A DNA stretch of 64,000 nt from Treponema sp. (GTDB taxonomy: Bacteria; Spirochaetota; Spirochaetia; Treponematales; Treponemataceae). The position numbers and the translations under genes were made by a program. Location of the stretch: the NCBI GenBank assembly GCA_052173475.1, contig JBQMYN010000002.1, forward strand, positions 9,406-73,405, read 5' to 3'. Shown piece after piece: positions 9,906 to 18,337 of this stretch (position 1 is its first letter; every line of letters begins with the position of its first letter). The notes under the pieces are model-generated. The model searched no databases, was not told where the DNA came from, and saw only the letters and a list, made by a program, of their open reading frames with translations.

Positions 9906-10808
9906 ATGAAAAAACTATTAACGGCAATGATGTTTGCAGCGGTACTGCCGGCAGTCGCTGCGGAACATATCGGTGCACAGACCCCCCATACTGCGGCTCT
10001 GCCCGATAAAACGTACGCGGTAAAAGGCATACGTTTTACGATGAAAGGAATAACCGCCGTAACAGGTGCCGTACTTGGCGATACCGGCAGAAGCGACAAT
10101 CAAGAACATACGGTCGATCTTTCCTCCTACTATATAGGCGAAACGGAGGTAACACAGGAACTGTGGCAGGTCGTTATGGGGCATAATCCGAGCCATTACG
10201 ACGGTTCCCAAAACCGCGAACCGGCAAAAGGCGAAGCACAGGGAAAGCGGCCGGTAGAAAACGTAACGTGGTTTGACTGCATTGTGTTCTGTAACGAGCT
10301 GACGAAGAAACTGAATGGAGGAACAGATACCGACTGCGTATACACTATCGACGGGATCCCATACACAAGAGAGGATGCCAATGCGGAAAAAACGCCGGTG
10401 CAGGACATCGGCAAAAAAGGCTTTAGGCTGCCAACGGAGGCCGAGTGGGAATGGGCAGCCATGGGCGGCACGGATACCGAAAACGACCTTGAAAACGATG
10501 CATGGTACGCTGACAACAGCAACAAAAAAACGCACCAAGTAAAACTGAAATCGGCGAACGGATACGGCTTATACGATATGATCGGGAACGTATGGGAATG
10601 GTGTTGGAATTGCTACGACGGTAATACGCCTGACTGGGGACAGATTAACCCGAAAGGCGCTGCTTCCGGCTCTGACCGCGTTAATCGCGGCGGCAGCTGG
10701 TATGATGTCGCGTATTACGCCGCTCGTGCGTATCGGTTTCACGATCTTCCCAACGAGCGCAGCCGCTATCTCGGCTTACGGCTTATATGCAGCATCGGGA
10801 GTAATTGA
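9906..10808 (+). CDS. Secreted formylglycine-generating-enzyme (FGE-sulfatase/CLec fold) domain protein, TvpA-like putative DGR target
   Basis: Signal peptide MKKLLTAMMFAAVLPAVAA; ETEVTQELW, RPVENVTWFDC, GFRLPTEAEWEWAA, NGYGLYDMIGNVWEWC, RVNRGGSW...LGLRL. Confidence 0.9.
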   Translation: MKKLLTAMMFAAVLPAVAAEHIGAQTPHTAALPDKTYAVKGIRFTMKGITAVTGAVLGDTGRSDNQEHTVDLSSYYIGETEVTQELWQVVMGHNPSHYDGSQNREPAKGEAQGKRPVENVTWFDCIVFCNELTKKLNGGTDTDCVYTIDGIPYTREDANAEKTPVQDIGKKGFRLPTEAEWEWAAMGGTDTENDLENDAWYADNSNKKTHQVKLKSANGYGLYDMIGNVWEWCWNCYDGNTPDWGQINPKGAASGSDRVNRGGSWYDVAYYAARAYRFHDLPNERSRYLGLRLICSIGSN

Positions 10809-10904
10809 TAATGCGTAATGTGCAATTAAATGTGAGAAGATTGCCGCACCGATTCGCAATCCAACTAAGTCGTCATTTTTCTTTTTACTTTAACCGCGAA
10901 GCAC

Positions 10905-10961
10905 GCCAAGCAATGCACCTCATTATACATTGCTTGGCTATAAGTTTGCTGCACAAACTTA
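10905..10961. terminator. Two hairpins between the convergent FGE gene and MCP
   Basis: GCCAAGCAATG/CATTGCTTGGC (10905-10938) and TAAGTTTG/CAAACTTA (10941-10961). Confidence 0.5.
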
Positions 10962-11002
10962 CTTCTGCTTCATACCTCGGACATCCGTGTCCGTTCTGAA
11001 AG

Positions 11003-13096
11003 CTAAACTTTAAACTTGCTTACTTCCCCCGCCAGCCTCTCAATACTCTGCTTATTCTTTTGTGTAATCTCATTCACTTCATAGACAGCGTTGTTAATCT
11101 GCACGGCACCGGATGCCATTTCGTTCATGCTTTTGGTGATAATGTGAGTAAGACCATCGAGCTTTTGCATCTCTTCAGCAACACCCTCGCCGCCTTTTAG
11201 CATTTCTTCAGAACCTGCTTGTACTTCTATTGTTACCGTGTTAATACTTTTAATGGCAGTCAGCACTTCCTTACTGCCGTTTTCCTGCTCATGCATTGAT
11301 TCAGTAAGGCGAGTGCTCATATCTTTTACTTGTTCGGCAAGGGTGAAAATCATATTGAACTTTTCTTCTACCGTTTTTGATGAAGCAGAGAGGGTTTCAA
11401 TTTGGCTGCCTAAAGTTTTAAGTGTTGCAGAGATAGCCTTTCCTTGCATTGCCGAATCCTCTGCAAGCTTACGGATTTCATCGGCAACGACGGCAAAACC
11501 CTTGCCCGCTTCTCCTGCATGGGCGGCTTCGATAGCGGCGTTCATTGCCAATAGGTTTGTTTGTGAGGCAATATGCTGAATAACGCTGCTTGCTTCCATC
11601 AATGCTCCTGATTCTTCTGCAATTTTCTGGGTTATCGTATTTGATGTACCGAGCGTTGCTTTACCGTCGCCGGTTGCCGTTGTAAGGCTTTTGATAACTT
11701 CGTCGGTCTGACCGAGCGTTTGCCCGATGGAAGCGATATTTGCAACCATCTGTTCTACAGATGCAGAAGATTGAGCGACACTTGTTGCTTGAGTTTGAAT
11801 GCTGTTATTGAGTTGTTTAATGGTACGGACAATTTCTTCGATTGTTGCCGCTGTTTCACTAACACTTGCTGCCTGAGTTAACGTCTGTTGTTTAACGCCG
11901 TCAATATTTGTGCTAATCTCATGTACGGCTCGGGCTGTTTCTACCATGTGTGAAGCAAGTTCATCACCGATTACTTCCATATTGCTGCTATTAACGCTTA
12001 CTTGATGAATGGAAGCATTAAGTTTTATAATTGTTTCGTTGAAGTATTCAGATAAGTCGGTAATTTCATTATTGCCTACTAATGGTAATCGTACCGTTAA
12101 ATCACCTTCGCCATGCGCAATATCTTTAAGAGCGTCAACAACAACATTGATAGGCTTTACCATGCGGTGGGCAGCGATAAAAGTAATAGCAAGGGTAATT
12201 ATAAGGATTGTAACGCCAATAATAATCATTGTAAGCCGAAGTTCATAAATAGTATGCATAAACTCGTACACAGGTGCATTAATAGTAACTGTCCAGCCAG
12301 TGATATTTATTTTTGAATAAGCGGCAACCTTTTCTATGCCTAAATAAGTATACTTTCCTGTTCCTGTTTTATTGTCCGAAACAGCAAGCATTTCAAAATC
12401 TCCGCAAGATTTGAGTTCTGGATTATTTTTAGCTTCTTCTGCGGTATTTTCTTTTCTTCTTACTAGTTCCAAGTCAGTATCGGCTATGGTATCTCCAGTT
12501 TTTCCCAGTATTGTGCAGCCTCCAGTTTTTCCAACTACAATATCAGCAATTTGAGCAGAAAGCCAAAAAGCATCTATATCGCACATTAAAACGGCAAAAA
12601 CAGTTCCTGAAGTATTTTTTATTGGATATGAACAGGTGATAAGGAGTTTATCTTCCATAGATGAAAGATATGGCTCGCTGATAAACGGATTTCCACTTTT
12701 TGCCTTTTGAAACCACTCCCGCATTGTAAGCGTTTCAGTTGTACCGTCTGCACAATAATACCGCCCTGAAGCATCAACAATAGCAAGTTCATAGATATTT
12801 TTATTCATTTCAGCTTCATTTTGTAAATATTGTGTTTTTTCAAGCCATGAATGGTCACTGCTGTGCAGTATGGAAGAACGGGATAAGCCTTGCAAAAGAG
12901 TAAGGAAAATATTTATTCGTCCGTCAATAACCTCTGCAACATCGGCTGCTTTATCTGCTAGATGCGCTTCAATTTTTTCGGTTACTGCTTTACGAGCGGT
13001 TCTGACTGCAAAAAAGCTTGCAACTAAGATGGTAATTGTAATTAAAAGCCCAAAGATAAGAATAAGATTGTAGCGAAGAGAAATCCGCTTTTTCAT
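11003..13096 (-). CDS. Methyl-accepting chemotaxis protein (dCache sensor, HAMP, signalling domain)
   Basis: Two TM segments, [59 protein letters not shown]. Confidence 0.97.
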   Translation of the reverse strand: MKKRISLRYNLILIFGLLITITILVASFFAVRTARKAVTEKIEAHLADKAADVAEVIDGRINIFLTLLQGLSRSSILHSSDHSWLEKTQYLQNEAEMNKNIYELAIVDASGRYYCADGTTETLTMREWFQKAKSGNPFISEPYLSSMEDKLLITCSYPIKNTSGTVFAVLMCDIDAFWLSAQIADIVVGKTGGCTILGKTGDTIADTDLELVRRKENTAEEAKNNPELKSCGDFEMLAVSDNKTGTGKYTYLGIEKVAAYSKINITGWTVTINAPVYEFMHTIYELRLTMIIIGVTILIITLAITFIAAHRMVKPINVVVDALKDIAHGEGDLTVRLPLVGNNEITDLSEYFNETIIKLNASIHQVSVNSSNMEVIGDELASHMVETARAVHEISTNIDGVKQQTLTQAASVSETAATIEEIVRTIKQLNNSIQTQATSVAQSSASVEQMVANIASIGQTLGQTDEVIKSLTTATGDGKATLGTSNTITQKIAEESGALMEASSVIQHIASQTNLLAMNAAIEAAHAGEAGKGFAVVADEIRKLAEDSAMQGKAISATLKTLGSQIETLSASSKTVEEKFNMIFTLAEQVKDMSTRLTESMHEQENGSKEVLTAIKSINTVTIEVQAGSEEMLKGGEGVAEEMQKLDGLTHIITKSMNEMASGAVQINNAVYEVNEITQKNKQSIERLAGEVSKFKV

Positions 13097-13361
13097 TGTA
13101 GACCTCCTGTGTCGACCCTAAAAAAAGAAAAATTACGATGAGGTTGCCTCAAAAGTACCAGACCTATTAGACAACTTCGTATGTCAAGGTAAATTATCCG
13201 GAATTGATATTTTTGCGTCCGTTTATGGATATTTTGATATGTCGAGGACTGTTTTCAGTAGAGGTATTGATACTACTAGTAGGGCAGTCCTGATACGTTG
13301 AGGAGTAATTTGTGTGCAGTAACGAATCAGATGCACCGTATATTTTAAAAGGCGATATGTA

Positions 13362-13381
13362 GGGGGGGGGGGGGGGGGGGG
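13362..13381 (+). repeat. G20 homopolymer tract about 265 bp upstream of the MCP gene
   Basis: 20 consecutive G read directly. Confidence 0.9.
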
Positions 13382-13644
13382 TATACTATCCTTTTCCATT
13401 TTTTGAAGTCCCTTTCCTTATAAAAAAATAGTTAGCTATACAGACTTACCGTAAATATTCGCCTTGTCCCGCGATGGATGGCGGTGATACAAATTTAAAA
13501 GTTGTAGACGAAAGCTAAAACCTTAACTGTCAAAATGCACAGGACGTATATTTTTGAGCGAACATCTCATTTCAAGGCATCTCTGTCTTGAAACTGAATC
13601 CTTAGAACAGAGCTACTATACCATGGATCAGAAAAATCTGCAAG

Positions 13645-13688
13645 TAATAGGTCTCCCTAAAAACTGAGGTTTTTAGGGAGACCTATTA
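13645..13688. repeat. Palindromic repeat, family A hairpin (CTAAAAAC...GTTTTTAG)
   Basis: Perfect 20-bp stem TAATAGGTCTCCCTAAAAAC with a 4-nt loop. Confidence 0.85.
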
Positions 13689-13717
13689 TAATTTCCGCAG
13701 TTATTCAGAGTAAAGCC

Positions 13718-13746
13718 TTGACATTATTTTATATATATAGTATAGT
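13718..13746 (+). promoter_or_regulatory. sigma70 promoter of tRNA-Met
   Basis: TTGACA-17 nt-TATAGT ending 15 nt before the tRNA. Confidence 0.8.
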
Positions 13747-13760
13747 CGATAATTATGAAT

Positions 13761-13833
13761 GGCGGTATAGCTCAGCTGGCAGAGCAAACGGCTCATATCC
13801 GTTAGGTCATAGGTTCGATCCCTATTGCCGCTA
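13761..13833 (+). tRNA. tRNA with CAT anticodon, most likely elongator tRNA-Met; CCA not encoded
   Basis: Cloverleaf: acceptor GGCGGTA/TGCCGCT, D arm GCTC..GAGC, anticodon arm AACGG-CTCATAT-CCGTT, T arm ATAGG-TTCGATC-CCTAT. Lacks the initiator GGG/CCC anticodon stem. Confidence 0.93.
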
Positions 13834-14020
13834 GAAACTTTTTTATTATGACTGTAAAAAAATAAGTGCTGCTCTATGAGTTTAATACATCCTGTCAGCC
13901 GAATTTTGAAAAATGATCAATTAAGTAAGGTATTTTACCGGAGCATCTTGCAAATCTTTAGCAGATGCTTATTGCAGAAAAAGCAGAAAGTTTGTGAGGT
14001 ATTCACTGGCTAGTATCGTT

Positions 14021-14228
14021 AGCGTTAAGGACTTTTCTGCTGCTATTTTCTTGTTCTCTCATTGCTTCCATAAGCCGGTTACTCATCTCTTTTACATGCG
14101 CCGACAAATAGTACAGTGAATTTTCTCCTTTTTCAGTAACAGCTTTTTTGCCGTTACTGAAAGTAGTGTTTGCACTACAGGAGTTGCAATAACGAGCAGT
14201 CCAAAGATAATAAGCCGCTTTTTTTCAT
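14021..14228 (-). pseudogene. MCP remnant (N-terminus joined to a C-terminal methylation helix)
   Basis: Across frameshifts: MKK.RLIIFGLLVIA...TAKKAVTEK, then VKEMSNRLMEAMREQENSSRKVLNA. Both segments match the intact MCPs in this window. Confidence 0.75.
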
Positions 14229-14401
14229 ATAGGGAACGGGATGTCATTGCTGATGTCGGTGTCCCGAACCAACTTTTTGCCGCCGGCAATGACATCCCCC
14301 ATTTCAAAATGGCTTTCATAAGCAGGGATATTCCATCAGCCTCTTTTGAAATTTTCACGGTAGATTGTCATATTTTGTCTGCTGTGATATGCTAGGCAAT
14401 T

Positions 14402-16249
14402 ATGGAAGAAATACGCCGAATAGTTTTTTCATTATTCTTTTTGTTTGTTTTTGGAATACTGTGTGCAAATCCTCTTATGGACGGTATCCGTACTAGGGAG
14501 CGTATGATGGAGAATTACCGCGAGGACATCGCATCAGCCTCTGCGCATGAAGTGCCGCCGGAAAGTATTGGCGAATGGTATGATATTCTCGAAACTACGT
14601 TATTTATGATTACGCGGAGAACTGAAATATTCCGCGGAACAATGCGGTTGATTATTACCAATAAAAAAGATGCGCATTGTTTTCTTTATCCTGACGGAAC
14701 TTTTCTTGTTACTACAGGTTTATTGGATTATATTGATTCCTATCTTTTTGTAGGTGCATCATCTTCTGCACGGAGGATTCGCAATTTTAATACCGAACGG
14801 GAAAATTTTTTTGCGCCGATTGCTGCCATTTGTGCAGCAAAATTTGCATTGAACGATTATCCTGCATTTTTTAGACGGCGATCCAGTCCCGAAGCAGTGT
14901 TTACTACCGATGTTCTTGCGATGGTGCTTCTTGAAATAGCAGGCTATCCGAGTTCATTAGTAGGAACATGGCTCACGCATCTGGAGCGTATTAGTACAGA
15001 GCCGGAAAATGCCGCTGCGTTCCAATTATTTTTGGCAGAAACTGTAACGCCCCTTACAAGGGGAGAGCAGCTTGAAGTAAATGAAGAGGCGGAAGTACGG
15101 CTGTATGAAGAACTTTCCGGCGTGCTTTTTGCACTGCGCAACCGAAAAGGCACTCTCGATGCACGGAATGCCTTGGAAAATCTCCGGCAGCTTTTTCCGC
15201 AAAGTCCGTATATATTACGCTTATATGCGCTTGTTTCTCATCAAGCGTGGCTGAATACAATAGAAAGAAAAGCGCAAGAACTTGCCGCTGTTCTGCCTGC
15301 TGCTGTATATGATACCTCGGCGGTATACCCCTTTTTCCAAGGTCTCGATACGCTGCTTGACGTGGAAGACGATGAGCAGGAGAACTACTTTTTACGGACT
15401 GCACCTAATAAAGAGAACAGCAAGCTATATGACCAGACAAAGCGGGCATATCGGGATTATTTGAACCTCATCTATGAGGCGGGAATGGCATCGTGTTATG
15501 CCTATCTGTTAGCATCCTCACCGTTGGAGCATGAACGGCAGTCTGTGTTATCCATTGCGAAACAGGCGGAGGTTTTCCACGCAGAAGCCGATGATAAAAC
15601 GGCACTGATAAATTATGCTTCTCTGCTATATTTAGTAAGCAAAGATTATACGAAAGCTGCCGCAGTGCTGTCCGGTTTTTTTTCTGAAAAAGCGCAAGAG
15701 AAACATATCCGTAACCTTTTTTTGACGACAGGAACACCGGTAGATGAGCGGTTGGTGCGCTGTAACTATATCCGAATGCTCAACCGCATTAATGAAACTG
15801 AAGCAGTAAAAAAAGCAAAACAATCTCTTGCGCTGCTTTTTGCGGACAGGTTACAGGTAGATTCGGCGGAAGAAGAACCTATCATGTTACGGAATGTATC
15901 GCTTGGTGTTACTATTGACGCATTGCTTGCAGCATGGAATGAACCGTCATCAATTATTTACAATTATTATAGTGAGCGGTGGATATATCGGCTGTTTAAT
16001 ACGGAAGCGGTTATCCGTGCCCGTGAGCAAGGCGGCACCGTTATGCAATTAACCGTGAATTATCCATCGCCGCTTAGCCTTTTTACTACTTTACGCACCG
16101 GCGATACACGGGAGGCATTTGAACAATTGTGCGGTCAACCATTGTATTACAGTGCGGATAGTGCCGTCTATTTTCAAAAAGGCACAATTTTACAAGTTGT
16201 GTATGGTAATAATAAAGTTCGCAGTGTTACTTTACGGAAATATCAATGA
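14402..16249 (+). CDS. Exported hypothetical protein with a degenerate M48-peptidase-like N-terminal region and helical repeats
   Basis: 615-aa ORF with a signal peptide. HCFLYPDGTFLVTTGLL resembles the M48 NAFA.PGG.I.V..GLL motif, but no HEXXH is present. Confidence 0.6.
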   Translation: MEEIRRIVFSLFFLFVFGILCANPLMDGIRTRERMMENYREDIASASAHEVPPESIGEWYDILETTLFMITRRTEIFRGTMRLIITNKKDAHCFLYPDGTFLVTTGLLDYIDSYLFVGASSSARRIRNFNTERENFFAPIAAICAAKFALNDYPAFFRRRSSPEAVFTTDVLAMVLLEIAGYPSSLVGTWLTHLERISTEPENAAAFQLFLAETVTPLTRGEQLEVNEEAEVRLYEELSGVLFALRNRKGTLDARNALENLRQLFPQSPYILRLYALVSHQAWLNTIERKAQELAAVLPAAVYDTSAVYPFFQGLDTLLDVEDDEQENYFLRTAPNKENSKLYDQTKRAYRDYLNLIYEAGMASCYAYLLASSPLEHERQSVLSIAKQAEVFHAEADDKTALINYASLLYLVSKDYTKAAAVLSGFFSEKAQEKHIRNLFLTTGTPVDERLVRCNYIRMLNRINETEAVKKAKQSLALLFADRLQVDSAEEEPIMLRNVSLGVTIDALLAAWNEPSSIIYNYYSERWIYRLFNTEAVIRAREQGGTVMQLTVNYPSPLSLFTTLRTGDTREAFEQLCGQPLYYSADSAVYFQKGTILQVVYGNNKVRSVTLRKYQ

Positions 16250-18105
16250 AAAAAAATAATCTTGTACTCTATAAGAATCAGCCTGCACTCATTACTGCCT
16301 TGCAGGATGATAAGTTTGAAATAACCCTTGAAGCCGGTACTAAGAAAGTCCGCAGTAAAGACATTGTGCTGCTTCATAGCGGGGAATGTGCTGACTTAAA
16401 AGCTGTGTTAACCGCTGAGCTGCCGCCTGTGGATTTTTCTGAGGCAGCTGAGTTTTTTTCAGGCGAAACGCCGCTTTTTTCAGAGATTGCAGAATTACTC
16501 TGGGGGAGCTTTACTCCCGAACAAAGTTGGAAAATCTGGGATAGTATCTCTCACTCGCCGTATTTTTTATGTACATCGCCGGATAATCCTGTCAGTGTAT
16601 GCAGTAAAGAAGAAATTGAGCAGCGCAATCGAAAGCAGGCAGAAAAAGATGCAGCCGAGCTTTTACGCAATCAATTTATTGTATGTGTGCGGGAGTGTGT
16701 CCAGAACAAAAAAGTATGCACCGAGATTGAAAAATTCAGCCCTTTTTTCCAAGAAATTGAGGCTGTCGCACTTGGAACTGCATTGAACTCAAAAATACTC
16801 AAAGACCTCAAAATTGAGCAAAGCCCTGAATCTGCCCATGCCTTACTGCTTAAAACGGGATTTTGGCAGATTGAGCGCAATCCCTATCCTACACGGTATG
16901 GCTGTTCGCTCCACTCCTCTAAGGTTGAACTGCCGGAGCCGGTTTACGGACAGGCAATCTATGATTTGTCTTCCTTACCGGCGTATGCAATTGATAATGC
17001 GTGGAGTACCGATCCCGATGATGCAGTATCATTTGATGGAACCTATTTATGGATTCATATTGCAAACCCTGCCGATACTATTCAAAACTCCAGCAAGGCT
17101 GATATGGATGCTTGCTGTCGCGGGGCAACCTTGTATGCGCCTGAAGGTACTGCACGGATGCTTGGTGAACATGCTGTTGACTATTTTGCCCTCGGCTTAA
17201 AAGAAAACTCCTATGCGCTTTCATTTAAAATACTGCTGGATGAAACAGGTGCTATTCAGGAAACCGATATTCTCCGTACCCGTTTGCGGGTTCAGCGATT
17301 GACCTATGAACAGGCGGATAGTTTGAAAGAAAGTCCCGAACTTGCCCCGCTTTTTGCCATTGCTGAACACAATAGACTGCGCCGTGAACAGGCAGGGGCG
17401 GTTACTATCACCTTTCCGGAAGTGGTAATCCGCCTTGAAGAGTCTTTAGGCGTAAAGCGGGTGTGCATTGAGCCTGCCGTATACACCGAAGCTGCCGGTA
17501 TGATTAAAGAAATGATGCTCCTTGCCGGAGAAGCGGCGGCGCGGTTCGCCTTTAAGCATAGTATACCCTTTCAATATATCAGCCAAGAGACCCCCGATCT
17601 GCCCAATAAAATTCCGAACGGTTTAGCCGGTGAGTATAAAAAGCGCCGTGCAATGCGGCCTCGCAATGTCGGAACCATACCCGCAATGCATGCTGCGCTT
17701 GGTATTGCAATGTATGGGCAAGTAACCAGTCCGCTTCGCCGATATGGTGATTTGGTGAGCCACCGGCAGCTGCTGTATTTTATAGATAAAAAACCTTTGT
17801 TAAGCGCATCTGATCTACTGGTTAAAATAGCTGCCGGCGATACTGCGGCGCGGGCGTGTGTACAAGCTGAACGGTTTTCGCGGCAGCATTGGACATTGGT
17901 ATACCTACTGCAAAATCCTCACTGGACGGGGACTGCCATTGTATTGGATATTCAGGGCAAAAAAGCGCATATCTTTATTAGAGAGCTTGCATACGAATCC
18001 GATATAACCTTACAAGCAGGAGCTGCCTTAAACGATGAAATTACCGTACAGGTACAGTCGGTACAGCTCGCCTATTTACAAGTACATTTTGTTACGATTG
18101 ACTAA
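16246..18105 (+). CDS. RNB-domain exoribonuclease (RNase II/R family)
   Basis: AIDNAWSTDPDDAVS, IHIANPA, RGATLYAP, VTSPLRRYGDLVSHRQL. Confidence 0.92.
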   Translation: MKKNNLVLYKNQPALITALQDDKFEITLEAGTKKVRSKDIVLLHSGECADLKAVLTAELPPVDFSEAAEFFSGETPLFSEIAELLWGSFTPEQSWKIWDSISHSPYFLCTSPDNPVSVCSKEEIEQRNRKQAEKDAAELLRNQFIVCVRECVQNKKVCTEIEKFSPFFQEIEAVALGTALNSKILKDLKIEQSPESAHALLLKTGFWQIERNPYPTRYGCSLHSSKVELPEPVYGQAIYDLSSLPAYAIDNAWSTDPDDAVSFDGTYLWIHIANPADTIQNSSKADMDACCRGATLYAPEGTARMLGEHAVDYFALGLKENSYALSFKILLDETGAIQETDILRTRLRVQRLTYEQADSLKESPELAPLFAIAEHNRLRREQAGAVTITFPEVVIRLEESLGVKRVCIEPAVYTEAAGMIKEMMLLAGEAAARFAFKHSIPFQYISQETPDLPNKIPNGLAGEYKKRRAMRPRNVGTIPAMHAALGIAMYGQVTSPLRRYGDLVSHRQLLYFIDKKPLLSASDLLVKIAAGDTAARACVQAERFSRQHWTLVYLLQNPHWTGTAIVLDIQGKKAHIFIRELAYESDITLQAGAALNDEITVQVQSVQLAYLQVHFVTID

Positions 18106-18190
18106 TAATCTGGTTCTGAAATGGGCGTTTCTGTGCAAGGTTAATTTGTATTTGCCTTAATAAATAAAAAGGTATAGAATAGGTATATAA

Positions 18191-18317
18191 GACATCCCTA
18201 AAAACTCAGTGAGATTTTTAGAGATGCCTCATCAGCAAAGCTGATAGCAAGTTTAAAATTAAGTCTTTATACAGTAATAACTTAATTTTAAACATCACAT
18301 TTAAATCTAAGGAAACT
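18191..18317 (-). repeat. Composite palindromic repeat element, family A (partial, reverse orientation)
   Basis: CTAAAAAC..TTTTTAG hairpin, ATCAGCAAAGCTGAT hairpin and a 14-bp central hairpin; homologous to 40554-40710 and 59461-59621. Confidence 0.85.
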
Positions 18318-18337
18318 GTCATCAGGGAGGTGCCCAA

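Noticed and set aside
9918..10538. 206-aa ORF antisense to the FGE gene, and similar long antisense ORFs over MCP, mutL, murA and pfp
   Set aside because: Shadow frames of well-supported genes, with no recognisable motifs.
13761..13833. tRNA-Met as a prophage/ICE attachment site
   Set aside because: I found no duplicated tRNA 3' end and no integrase in the window.
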